This document shows, one piece after another, positions 39,968 through 49,949 of a DNA stretch of 64,000 nt. The DNA comes from an uncultured delta proteobacterium (GTDB lineage Bacteria > Myxococcota_A > Polyangia > Polyangiales > Polyangiaceae), in assembly GCA_963696385.1 (NCBI GenBank), contig CAVOKF010000004.1, positions 288,001-352,000 on the forward strand. Reading direction: 5' to 3'. Position 1 is the stretch's first letter; the number at the start of each line of letters is the position of its first letter. Both the position numbers and the translations under genes were made by a program. The notes under the pieces were generated by a model. The model saw nothing but the letters and a program-made list of their open reading frames with translations, was not told the DNA's origin and searched no databases.

Positions 39968-40801
39968 GTGAGCCCGTTGGCCGAGGTCCGACTCATCACC
40001 GGGCGCGAGCTCCGCAAGAACTTTCGCAGTTCCAAGGGCGTCGTCCTCGCCGCGCTCAGTCTCGCAGGGGGTGCCGGCGCTTCGATGCTCTTCGCATGGA
40101 TGGATCGCGTGCGTCGCGAGCAATTGCCGCCCGACGTCGACGTACGGACGCTGCAGGAGCAGGCCTTCACTCGGCTCTACGGCGCCGATACGGGCAAAGC
40201 GCTCGCCGATTGTCCCTATTCGCTCTGGATGATGCTCGTGGCGACGCTCTGGCTGTCACCGCTGCTCGTCGCGCTCATGGGGTTCGATTCGGTTTCGGGC
40301 GATCTGCAACACCGAAGCGTCCGATTCTGGACCGTGCGGACGCGGCGGTCGTCGTACATCCTCGGCAAGCTTCTCGGCGCCTGGTTGGCCGTGATTCTCG
40401 TCACGTTCGGCATGAACCTCATCGTTTGGGGTACGACGATTGCCGTCGGCCACCTTGCGCCGGGGCCCGTGCTCGCATGGGGTCTTCATTTCTTCGTCAT
40501 GTCGATTCCCATCACGGCCGCCTGGTGCGGGATCGCGATGCTCGTCGGCTCGCAGTTCCGGACGCCGATGTTGGCACTGCTCGTCATCTGCGTAACGTTC
40601 TTTGCGCTGTGGTTCGTGCGCGTGGTGGCGGGGTTCGCCGGCGTGCCCTCGCTGCTTTACGCCTATCCCAACGCGTACGATCAATGGTTTCTCTCGCCTC
40701 GGCCTGTGGATGCCGCGCGCGCGCTCATCGGAACGGGCGTCATCGAGGTGGTGACGGCGACCGCATCGGTGCTGCTCTTCGAGCGAAGAGACCTGTTGTG
40801 A
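39968..40801 (+). CDS. ABC-2 type transporter permease
   Basis: RELRKNFRS, GFDSVSGD...R...YILGK, about 6 TM segments. Confidence 0.85.
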   Translation: MSPLAEVRLITGRELRKNFRSSKGVVLAALSLAGGAGASMLFAWMDRVRREQLPPDVDVRTLQEQAFTRLYGADTGKALADCPYSLWMMLVATLWLSPLLVALMGFDSVSGDLQHRSVRFWTVRTRRSSYILGKLLGAWLAVILVTFGMNLIVWGTTIAVGHLAPGPVLAWGLHFFVMSIPITAAWCGIAMLVGSQFRTPMLALLVICVTFFALWFVRVVAGFAGVPSLLYAYPNAYDQWFLSPRPVDAARALIGTGVIEVVTATASVLLFERRDLL

Positions 40802-41802
40802 CGGTCACCGTTCAGCCACGGCCGTTGTCGCGGAGCGATCGGCGGCCGGCCCCGGGGCACGCCGCGACCGCCGTGCGCCTGACGCGGTTGGTCAAGCGCT
40901 TCGGTTCGAAGACCGCCGTCTCGGACCTCACCCTGACCATCGAATCGGGGACGGTGTTCGGGCTCATCGGCCCCAATGGGGCGGGAAAAACGACGACGTT
41001 TTCGATGCTTGCCGGATACTTGCGGCCGACCTACGGCCAGATCGAGGTCCTCGGCTTTGCTCCCACGGCCGTCGACGCCCTTCGCGGGCGCCTGGGGGTC
41101 TTGCCGCAGGATGCCCTCATCCCGCCCAGCGATACGGTCGGCGAGTTCCTCGTGCACATGGCTCGCCTGCAGGACCTGCCGAAACCCAAGGCGATCGAGT
41201 GTGCGCTCGGCGCGCTCGACGACGTCGGCGGGCGCGACTGGTGGCGGCAGCGCTGCGGGAGCCTTTCGCACGGCATGGCCAAGCGGGTGGCTCTTGCCCA
41301 AGCGTTTCTCGGCGACCCCGACGTCGTCCTGCTGGACGAACCGACGGCCGGGCTCGATCCCCGCGTCGCCTGGGAGGTCCGCCAGATCGTCAAAGCGAAA
41401 AAGGGCCGGGCGACGATCGTCGTATCCAGTCACAATTTGCAAGAGTTGGAGGAGGTATGCGATGCGGCGGCGATCCTCGACCGAGGCCGTCTGATCGCCT
41501 CGGGCAGCATGAGCGAGCTCACCTCCGCCAACGAAGAGGTGCGCGTCAAAGTCGTGCCCGGAACGTCTCGGGGCTCTCGGCCCGGGGAGATCCCGGTCCA
41601 GTCGCTGCGCGAATTGCCTGCCGTCAAGAGCGCGGAGCTCGACGAGCAGCGTTCGGAGATCGTCATCTATTTCGATCGCGGCCAAGCCGACGCGGAGAGC
41701 GTCATCGCTCGGGTGCTGCGGCTGTTGCTCGACCGCGAGGTGCGTATCAGCGGCGTGGCCAAGGGGCGCGGACTCGAGCAGCGAGTCATGAATCTCACGT
41801 AA
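40798..41802 (+). CDS. ABC transporter ATP-binding protein
   Basis: GPNGAGKTT, LSHGM, LLDEPTAGLDP, SSH; GTGA overlap with the permease. Confidence 0.93.
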   Translation: MTVTVQPRPLSRSDRRPAPGHAATAVRLTRLVKRFGSKTAVSDLTLTIESGTVFGLIGPNGAGKTTTFSMLAGYLRPTYGQIEVLGFAPTAVDALRGRLGVLPQDALIPPSDTVGEFLVHMARLQDLPKPKAIECALGALDDVGGRDWWRQRCGSLSHGMAKRVALAQAFLGDPDVVLLDEPTAGLDPRVAWEVRQIVKAKKGRATIVVSSHNLQELEEVCDAAAILDRGRLIASGSMSELTSANEEVRVKVVPGTSRGSRPGEIPVQSLRELPAVKSAELDEQRSEIVIYFDRGQADAESVIARVLRLLLDREVRISGVAKGRGLEQRVMNLT

Positions 41803-41991
41803 AGGCATCCGCCGCGCGGGTTGGACGCGCGTCTCCGCTGGACGTTCACCACGCCATCGTCGATGCGCTGCGCGCGACGCTTCGAGAGGGCCGAGCTCGA
41901 GCCTTGCGATGTTCTGCGCGATCTCGGTCGCGTCCCAGAACGCGCGGACGCGGTGGATCGGGCGTTCGCGTTTACGGGCGCGGCTCCGAAA

Positions 41992-42633
41992 TTACGCCCT
42001 CAGAACTTTGTACGCGTGCGCCCAGTCGCCGCGTACGAGTCCAGGGATGCACCAGAGCATGCAAAGCGGCTCGATGGCGCGCGCCGCCGTCGAAGCGCCC
42101 ATGTCCTCCACCTCCCATCCGAAGCGGGCGATCACGTCGCTTACGACCTTCTTGGCCCCTGCGTCGTCGCCGCAAATGAACATCGAGGGCTTGGTACCGA
42201 GCTGGGGGTGGACCATGAGGCCGTTGCCGACGCATGAAAACGCCTTGACGAAACGCGCTTGGGGCGCGCGCTTTTGAAGCCGCTCGAGAAGCGAATCGTT
42301 GGGCCCGGTAAAAAAGGAGAGGACCCCGTGCGTGGGCGGCGCGTCCGCGATCGGATTGGTCGTGTCGATCACGGTCTTTCCCGACAGCCGATCGCCGCAG
42401 GCGACGACCACGTCTTCCGCGGCCGTGCCCTTCACGGCGAGCACGACGAGCTCGCCGTGAGCGGCGGCTTCGGCGAACGATCCGGACGAAGCGTTCCGAC
42501 CGGCCTCGCGCGCCCAGAGCGCGAGCTTTTCCGGCTCGCGCGAGCCGCGCATGACGGCGTAACCAAGCTCGAGCAGGCCGTTCGCCAGAACCAGCCCGAC
42601 CGATCCGGACCCCAAGACCCCGACGTTCGTCAT
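41992..42633 (-). CDS. NADP oxidoreductase (F420-dependent NADP reductase-like family)
   Basis: GVLGSGSVG, GSR, LAVK, IDTTNP, VKAF, ICGDD, ARAIEP. Confidence 0.85.
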   Translation of the reverse strand: MTNVGVLGSGSVGLVLANGLLELGYAVMRGSREPEKLALWAREAGRNASSGSFAEAAAHGELVVLAVKGTAAEDVVVACGDRLSGKTVIDTTNPIADAPPTHGVLSFFTGPNDSLLERLQKRAPQARFVKAFSCVGNGLMVHPQLGTKPSMFICGDDAGAKKVVSDVIARFGWEVEDMGASTAARAIEPLCMLWCIPGLVRGDWAHAYKVLRA

Positions 42634-42700
42634 GCACGGGATCGTGCAAACGAATCGGGCGCGGGTCAACGGCTATTGCCGTCGCGCGAATCCACCCCGG

Positions 42701-43606
42701 CTACGGGGTGAAATAAAGGTCCGAAATGCAGAAGCTGAACGGCTCGAGTCCGGCGTCCTGCCCGCCGCCGTTCGCCTGCCATTTCATGCCAATGAGTGCG
42801 CTGGTGTCCAGGGCATTAAACTGCGCGCCCCAACTCTCTTGCATGAGGTTGGCGTTCGCGGGGTTCCACGAGAACGAAATTTTCGTCCACACGCCGGGGG
42901 TATACGGCGTAACGTCCCCGCCGAAATCGTCGTCGCAGCCGGCATCGCCCATTGCGCAAGTCGGGACAAACTGGCCAAGGGGCCATGCCGACGGATCCGA
43001 CGTCTGCGTATCGGGAATCCCAAAATGGATGTCCGGATAGACCCCGCTGTCCGCAGGATTGACAAGAATGTAGAAACTCACGCCGCTGTATTTGGTCGCA
43101 TTGAACGGAACGGGTATGGACAGCGCGGTCGCCCCCGCGTCGGCGGCCTTGAAGTACACGAGGCTCATTCCGAGGCCTGCGTACGAGAGCACAGACCCGC
43201 CGAAACAGAGCTCGCCCGTGATCTCCGTGCCGTCGGCGTTGTGGATCGGCGGGGAGATCGGGGTGTCGACCAATTGGTATGTTCCCGTAACCGGTGAGTT
43301 TTCGTCGGTGTAGGTGTAATAGGAGCCGGGCGTGTTCCCGGCAGGAACGACCAGCGCGATCCGCGTGCCGGCGTCGGCGCTCATGTTATCGACCAGGAGA
43401 GGCGCCAAGCCTCCGTCGCTTGTTGGCGTGCCGCTGTCCAAAGAGCCCGGCGAGCCGGTGTGGCTGCTGCCGCTGCCCTCGGAGCTTGTGGCGGCGCTGG
43501 TCTTCGAACTGGGGTTCGCGTTGTTGGCCGTAGAGCACGCGGCAAACGCCACGAGGGCGAGAGAACCCATCGACACGAGCGCACGAAGGATCGTCCTGGC
43601 TGACAT
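42701..43606 (-). CDS. Lipoprotein with a CBM11/CIA30-like carbohydrate-binding domain
   Basis: Lipobox FAAC, Ser/Thr linker, FNATKYSGVSFY, SWG, FCISDLYF; resembles the N-domain of the adjacent GH8. Confidence 0.6.
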   Translation of the reverse strand: MSARTILRALVSMGSLALVAFAACSTANNANPSSKTSAATSSEGSGSSHTGSPGSLDSGTPTSDGGLAPLLVDNMSADAGTRIALVVPAGNTPGSYYTYTDENSPVTGTYQLVDTPISPPIHNADGTEITGELCFGGSVLSYAGLGMSLVYFKAADAGATALSIPVPFNATKYSGVSFYILVNPADSGVYPDIHFGIPDTQTSDPSAWPLGQFVPTCAMGDAGCDDDFGGDVTPYTPGVWTKISFSWNPANANLMQESWGAQFNALDTSALIGMKWQANGGGQDAGLEPFSFCISDLYFTP

Positions 43607-43689
43607 GGCCCCCAGTTTACCACGCGATTGACCGCCGCGAAGGATCGCCCATCCCGGGGGGGAATCCTCCGGCGTCGGTCATCGCCACC

Positions 43690-46095
43690 TTAGGGTTTGT
43701 AGAAGTTCCCGCTCATCGTGACGGCGGTGAGAAGCCCCACAGTCGCATTGTAATACGTGTAGTAGTTGTTGCCGGTGGCCGCCAGGTTGGGCGTGCCGCG
43801 GTTGATCCCGTCGAGCACGAACTGCCACGCGGCATTGACGAACGTGGCGTTCGCCGTCCCTCCCGACAGCGCGCCCACCGCCGCGGTGCCGATGAGCGAC
43901 ATCGAGTTGGGCGCGGCAGCAGGGCTGCAGGCGGGCGAGGTGGTGGCGGTGCAGGCGAGGCCGCCCGTCGTGTACTCGTCGAAGAGACTGTCAATCCCTC
44001 CGCTTGTCGCCTTCCCCGAGAAAAATGCGCTGATCTTCGCGAGGTACGTGCTGGCGCCGCCCGACCCGCCCGCGCCGTTCCAGCAATAGTCAATCCCCAC
44101 GCGCCACGGCACCCTATGCGCGTCGTATTGGTACGCGCCGCCGTTTGCATAGGCGGTCGATCCGGGGGATGTGCAATTGTTCGTGCACCAGGCCGGCACC
44201 AGTCCATCGGTCCCGCTGATCGCGGCGCTGTTCAGCACCGTGTACACGTTCGTGGCCACGGTGTTGAAGCCCGTTTGAGTCGACGCGAAGAGACGGTAAT
44301 AGGCCGGCGCGAAGTACGAGGGATTGGTGGGGTTCGCGGTTGTCGAGCCCCCGTTGCTTCCGTAGGTCGGAAGGTAGCTCGTGTGGTCGATGTCGCTCGT
44401 CCAGATGTCGTTGATGAGGGTCGTCGCGTTCGTGGCGTAGGTCGCCTCGGTCGGCCAGACGTGCGACGCCAAGAGCAGCGCAAACGCGGCATCCTCGTCG
44501 GAGTCGGTGGCCGATCCCTCACTGGCACCGTCCAAGGGGCTCGTGCCGGCCGCGTTGTAGATCCAGTTCATCAGCGAGCCCGCGGTGGTCCGGGCCGACC
44601 AAAACTTCCAGAGGCCGTCGAAGAGCGTCTCGTCGTCGAAGTACGCGGCAAGCAGCATGCCGTAGGCGATGCCTTCGGACACGACCGATCCCCCGTCCAC
44701 CTCGGGGCTCTTGACCATCATCTCGCCCGCGTTGGGACCCGCGGCGACGAAGTTCTGCTTCCAGTTGTGGTACGCCCACAAGAGGAACTTGCCGGCGGCT
44801 TTGTATTTCGCGCCGTCGAACGTCGGCGTAGCCCCGCCGCATTGCCATCCCGTCGCTCCGTCGTTGAACGTCGGCATCGTCATCCCGGGGGGAACGAGCC
44901 CTTCGTTGGCGCTCGTGAAGCTGTAGAGCGCGACGTTGTCCAACCAAATGTCGTAGGCACCGGTCGTCGAGAAGTCGCTGTAGACCGAGAATTGCATGCC
45001 GAGTGCGTGGGCCGGCACGAAATCCGGCGCCTGACAAAATGTACCTGTCCCACATCCCGTTGGCGACGGAAACCAACGGGGAATGAGCTCGGCAAACGGG
45101 ACATAGACGGTCGTGCTCATCGAGGTCGGCATGGCCATGCCCACACCCGTCGGCGTCGATCCGGTCGCGCTGAACAAGAAGCCGCGGTTGTTGTAGGCGT
45201 CGATCTCCCCATTGGTCGCCGTTCCGCTGCCCGGAGTGAGCACCGTGGGCCCCGCCGGCGGGTTGGGCCCGGGCTGCGTCTCTTTCGAGAGGATCTCGAA
45301 GTACACGGGGCCCTGACTGCTGGCTCCCGTCTTGATGTCGAACTGGATGCCGTCGTACGCGCTTAGGTCGTAGCCGTTCCACGAGGTCCCGGCCGCCATG
45401 CCATCGAAGGGCGCGCTGAAGCCGCAGTACATCGGATGACCCGTGTCCGAGAGGTGCAGCGCGTACTTGTTGCAGGTGCCCGGGTCGTCGTCGGAAGGCG
45501 CGGCGGCCGCCACGTAAAAGCCGCTCGCGTTCTTCGTCTGCGTGACCGACACTCCGGCGCCGTCTGCGTAGGGCAACCACGGGCCCGTGCGACCGGACTG
45601 CGCGGTGACGACGTCGTCGCCTTCTTCGAAGTCCGAAATTTCGAGGGTACTCGCCGGCGCGCACGTGCGACTCGCGTCGGAGGTCAGCACGACGGTGCCG
45701 CTGTCCTGTGCGTTCGAGCTCGTGGAGCTCGAGCTGCTGGAGTTGCCGGAATTGTTATTGCCGGAGTTTCCGGAGTTGTTGTTTCCGGAGTTGCCGGAAT
45801 TGTTATTGCCGGAGTTTCCGGAGTTGTTGTTTCCGGAGTTGCCGGAATTGTTATTGCCGGAGTTTCCGGAGTTGTTGTTTCCGGAGTTGCCGGAATTGTT
45901 ATTGCCGGAGTTTCCGGAGTTGTTGTTTCCGGAATTCCCGTTCGCGCTCGTCGAGCTGCCCGAAGGGCCTCCGCCGTCGTCGTTGCCGTTGTCGCCGTTG
46001 CCTCCCGTGGGAGTGTTGGCGGTGCTGCAACCGGAAAACACCGGCAGAACCAGCGCCGACGCGAATATGCAGGAGGACACAATCGAACGACGCAT
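43690..46095 (-). CDS. Lipoprotein glycoside hydrolase family 8 with N-terminal CBM-like domain
   Basis: Lipobox FSGC; VSEGIAYGML, LMNW, SATDSDED, NPSYFAP, YDAHRVPWR. Confidence 0.88.
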   Translation of the reverse strand: MRRSIVSSCIFASALVLPVFSGCSTANTPTGGNGDNGNDDGGGPSGSSTSANGNSGNNNSGNSGNNNSGNSGNNNSGNSGNNNSGNSGNNNSGNSGNNNSGNSGNNNSGNSGNNNSGNSSSSSSTSSNAQDSGTVVLTSDASRTCAPASTLEISDFEEGDDVVTAQSGRTGPWLPYADGAGVSVTQTKNASGFYVAAAAPSDDDPGTCNKYALHLSDTGHPMYCGFSAPFDGMAAGTSWNGYDLSAYDGIQFDIKTGASSQGPVYFEILSKETQPGPNPPAGPTVLTPGSGTATNGEIDAYNNRGFLFSATGSTPTGVGMAMPTSMSTTVYVPFAELIPRWFPSPTGCGTGTFCQAPDFVPAHALGMQFSVYSDFSTTGAYDIWLDNVALYSFTSANEGLVPPGMTMPTFNDGATGWQCGGATPTFDGAKYKAAGKFLLWAYHNWKQNFVAAGPNAGEMMVKSPEVDGGSVVSEGIAYGMLLAAYFDDETLFDGLWKFWSARTTAGSLMNWIYNAAGTSPLDGASEGSATDSDEDAAFALLLASHVWPTEATYATNATTLINDIWTSDIDHTSYLPTYGSNGGSTTANPTNPSYFAPAYYRLFASTQTGFNTVATNVYTVLNSAAISGTDGLVPAWCTNNCTSPGSTAYANGGAYQYDAHRVPWRVGIDYCWNGAGGSGGASTYLAKISAFFSGKATSGGIDSLFDEYTTGGLACTATTSPACSPAAAPNSMSLIGTAAVGALSGGTANATFVNAAWQFVLDGINRGTPNLAATGNNYYTYYNATVGLLTAVTMSGNFYKP
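45739..45930. repeat. 48-bp x4 tandem repeat encoding the (GNNNSGNS)8 linker of GH8
   Basis: Units at 45739, 45787, 45835, 45883, each made of two 24-bp subunits. Confidence 0.95.
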
Positions 46096-46576
46096 TACCA
46101 AGCCTCTTTGCTTCGGAAAGCCAACCCCTGTCGCAGGAAGGCGGGGTGGTGGGGGGGGAAAGGACGGACGGCGCGCTCTCGCGCGTGGGCGGAAGAGAAC
46201 CCGAACCGCGCGTGTTGCGCAATCCGGGCTCGAGGGGTGATGTCGAGACGACGCATACGTTGAAAGCAAGTGAGCGGGACGTCAATCTCTGCACGACCCA
46301 AAATTGGGCCACATTCCGTCCTCGAGAAAAGAATCCGATGTCGTGGTACGACCATCGCGCGGTTCCACGGCCGAAAAGGTTCCCCCTTAGCCTGCGCGCC
46401 CGCGGTCGTTTCCCAATCTGCGGTCCTTGCGGCGCGCCACGGTCGTCGCGCGGGTCAACGCCGCGCGCGGCGGCGAACGAGCCGCGCAAGCCCGATCGGC
46501 TCGACGTCGCCCGTTCGGACGACAGGGGGCCGCGTTGACTCCGGGCGGCCCGTCTGCCACGTAAAGGAGCCTTTTC

Positions 46577-49500
46577 GTGGGTCGCCCGGTCGTGGGCGGG
46601 GAGATTGTCGTTGTGGGGAAATCGGAATTACCAGCAAACCTCGGAGCGGGCGGGCGGGCCGGACGCCGCATCGGGTCGCTTTTGGCGATGGTGGGGGCCG
46701 CGCTTGTCGTGTTGGGCCTGATGGTGGTGGGCTGCTCGGGGAAGACGACCCAGGCCGGCGGGTTGGTCCTGCTGGTCGAAACGGACATGAAGGCGGGTAC
46801 GGACTTCGACTCGATTACGGTGCAGATCGGGCAAGAAACGGGGCAAGACGGGGGCTATCGAACGTTGGTTGACGTTCCGATTACGGTGGAGGCGAACACC
46901 CTGCCGGCGACGATCTCGATCACGGCGGGTAGCTCCCCCGAGCAGGAAGCGCTCATCGCGATCACGGCGACGAAGGGCAACCCGGCGGTGGCGGTGGTGG
47001 AGCGCACGATTGAGGTCCAAGTGCCGCGCGACCGGGTCGCGGAGCTCGTCGTGCTTCTCGCTTCGGATTGCGCGGGCAAGCTGAGCTGTCCCGTGTCCGA
47101 GAGCTGCAATCCAGACACGGGCGGGTGCGCCACGGACGTGGTCGACGCGAGCACGCTGCCGTCGTACTCGCCGGGTGGTTCGGGGGCGGGGGGGCGCTGG
47201 ACGCGACCGTCGGGGACGGCCCCGTGGCCGACGCGCCGCTGTCGGAGGGCGCGGCGAATCCGCAGGAGACCTCGACGCCACCGCAGGAGGCCGGCATGGC
47301 GGATGTCGTGACGTGCAGCCCGACGACGTGCGCCGGGGGCTGCTGCGACGACAACGGCAGCTGCCAGTCCGGCACGGCCGTCGGAGCGTGCGGCACCGGG
47401 GGCGTGGCCTGCGCCGCGTGCGGGGTCGGGCAGGCCTGCACGGCCGGCAGCTGCGCGTGCGGGACCGGGTGCATGACGGGCTGCTGCACGAGCGCGGGGG
47501 CGTGCGAGACCTCGACCGCCGCGCATTGCGGCGCCCCCGGGATGGCGTGCGCCGCATGCGGATCGGGCCAGGAGTGCGACACGACGGGACAGTGCGTCTG
47601 CAACGCCGCGTCGTGTCCGAACGGGTGCTGCACCGCGAGCGGGGCGTGCGTCCTGTACGCTGCTCAGACCACCACGGCGTGCGGTGCGGCCGGTGCGGCC
47701 TGCTCCGGCTGCCCGACGGGCCAAGCCTGCGATACGACGACCGGTCAATGCGCCTGCACGGCCACGTCGTGTGCGGGCGGCTGCTGCGCCGGCGACGGGG
47801 GTTGCGTCGAAGTCGACGCGCAGTCGACCGCGGGCTGCGGATCGGGGGGCAACGCCTGCGGCGCGTGTGCGGGGGGGCAAACGTGCAACGGTGGGGAGTG
47901 CTCGTGCGGGGGCGTGAGCTGCGCGGGATGCTGTGCGGAGGGCACCTGTGTGACGCCTGTGACCAACCTGGAGTGCGGCGCGAACGGCGGGGTGTGCGCG
48001 GCGTGCGGCACGAACCAGGAGTGCAGCACCCAAGGCAAGTGCGTCTGCGACGCCAAGTCGTGCCCGAACGGCTGCTGCGACGCGACGGGAAAGTGCCAGA
48101 CCTCGGGCAATGCCACGTGCGGGACCGGGGGCGTCGCTTGCGCCGCGTGTGCGGCCACGCAAGTGTGCACCGCCGGCAAGTGCGCGTGCGATGCGGCGTC
48201 GTGTCCCGGCGGCTGCTGCGATGCGACCGGCACGTGCGTGGCTCTCGCGAGCGAGGGGATTGGCCAATGCGGCGCGGGGGGTGCCGCGTGCGTCGCCTGT
48301 GCGCAGGGCCAAAGCTGCGACGCGACTGGCAAATGCGTTTGCAATGCGACGTCGTGCCCGACCGGCTGCTGCGACACGACCGGGATGTGCCACGCCGAGA
48401 GCAACGCAACCTGCGGGACCCCCGGTGCGGCGTGCGCGGCGTGCGGCACCGGGCTCGAGTGCGGAGCGGCCGGCACGTGTGTCTGCAACGCGACGTCGTG
48501 CCCGGTGGGCTGTTGTGTCGGAAACGTGTGCGAGGCCAAGAACGCGTGCGGCGGGTGCACGGCGCTGACCTCCGCTCCGGGGTCGACGTGCACCGCGGCG
48601 GACGGTTGCGTCGGCGCCTACGCGTGCAACGGGACCGACGCGCTCACCTGCAACGCGCCCGCGCTCAACGCGTGCAAGGGCTGCTCGACCCTCACGGGCG
48701 GCACACTCGGCGCCACGTGCAGCAGCGGCGGGTGCACGGGAATGTACGTGTGTGAGACAGGCAACGACAACGCTGTGACGTGCAACGCGCCGTTGCCCAA
48801 CAAGTGCGGCGGCTGCTCGACGCTCACGGGTGGCACACTCGGCGCCACGTGCAGCAGCGGGGCGTGCACGGGAATGTACGTGTGTGAGACAGGCAACGAC
48901 AACGCTGTGACGTGCAACGCGCCGTTGCCCAACATGTGCGGCGGCTGCTCGACGCTCACGGGCGGCACACTCGGCGCCACGTGCAGCAGCGGCGTGTGCA
49001 CGGGGACCTACGTGTGTGATACGGGCAACGACAACGCCGTGACGTGCAACGCGCCGTTGCCCAACAAGTGCGGCGGCTGCTCGACGCTCACGGGCGGCAC
49101 ACTCGGCGCCACGTGCAGCAGCGGCGCGTGCACGGGAACGTACGTGTGTGATACAGGCAACGACAACGCTGTGACGTGCAACGCGCCGTTGCCCAACAAG
49201 TGCGGCGGCTGCTCGACGCTCACGGGCGGCACACTCGGCGCCACGTGCAGCAGCGGCGTGTGCACGGGAACGTACGTGTGTGATCCAGGCAACGACAACG
49301 CCGTGACCTGCGACGCGCCGGCCCCGATCCCCTACTACGAGGACTGCGACGACGACGGGTATGGCGCCACGGGTAGCACGGCCACGAACTCCTGCACGGG
49401 CGGCCCTCCCGGTAGCCCTCCTCCGTTGTGTCAGCCCAATGCCGGGGGGGATGGGATCACCACCTTCCAGTGGTCGACCAACAGCAACGACTGTTGCGAC

Positions 49501-49806
49501 ATCGACCCGGCCGCTTACCCAACCCAAACGGCTTACTTTACGTATCCCGATTATTGTGGGAGCTTTGATTTCAACTGCGATGGGATCCTCGAAGCCCAAT
49601 TCCCGTTGGGTGGCTGCGCGGCTCAGCCCGCTACCAACTGTCCGCTCGAGTCGTGGCCATTCGCCACGGTGAGCCCCGACGTTGGCGTGGCCGACAACTC
49701 GTGCGCCAACATTCCCACGGAGGTTCCGCAGATCTGCACCGTGGCCAATGGGGCCTGCATTGAGCAGAGCCTTGACGAGAGCGGCGTACAGCTCCAGTGC
49801 CACTGA
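46577..49806 (+). pseudogene. Large Cys-rich surface lipoprotein split by a frameshift at a G7 tract (47188-47194)
   Basis: ORF 46577 has an AAGGAG RBS, lipobox VVGC and N-domain; ORF 47068 carries the Cys repeats; one extra G joins them as SGAGG-ALDATVGDG. Confidence 0.8.
48673..49320 (+). repeat. 132-bp x5 coding repeat (44 aa, 6 Cys: CGGCSTLTGGTLGATCSSGxCTGxYVC...)
   Basis: Units at 48673, 48805, 48937, 49069, 49201. Confidence 0.95.
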
Positions 49807-49949
49807 CCCCTAAGCAAGCGGATCGTTGAACGCGCGCGGTTCCGGCCGCAGCGCGGTCGTTCCGGTCCGAACCATGGGAGGGCGAACCGGCCCCATTTCC
49901 TATTTCTCCCGACGCGGGGAATGAGTATGCCGGTAGGCGGCTACAGCTC

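Noticed and set aside
41821..41991. Small gene or remnant after the ABC ATPase
   Set aside because: No start signal or recognisable motif
46855..49803. 982-aa antisense ORF and other long shadow ORFs (e.g. 54406-56862, 37047-39197)
   Set aside because: Antisense or alternate-frame shadows of well-supported genes in high-GC DNA
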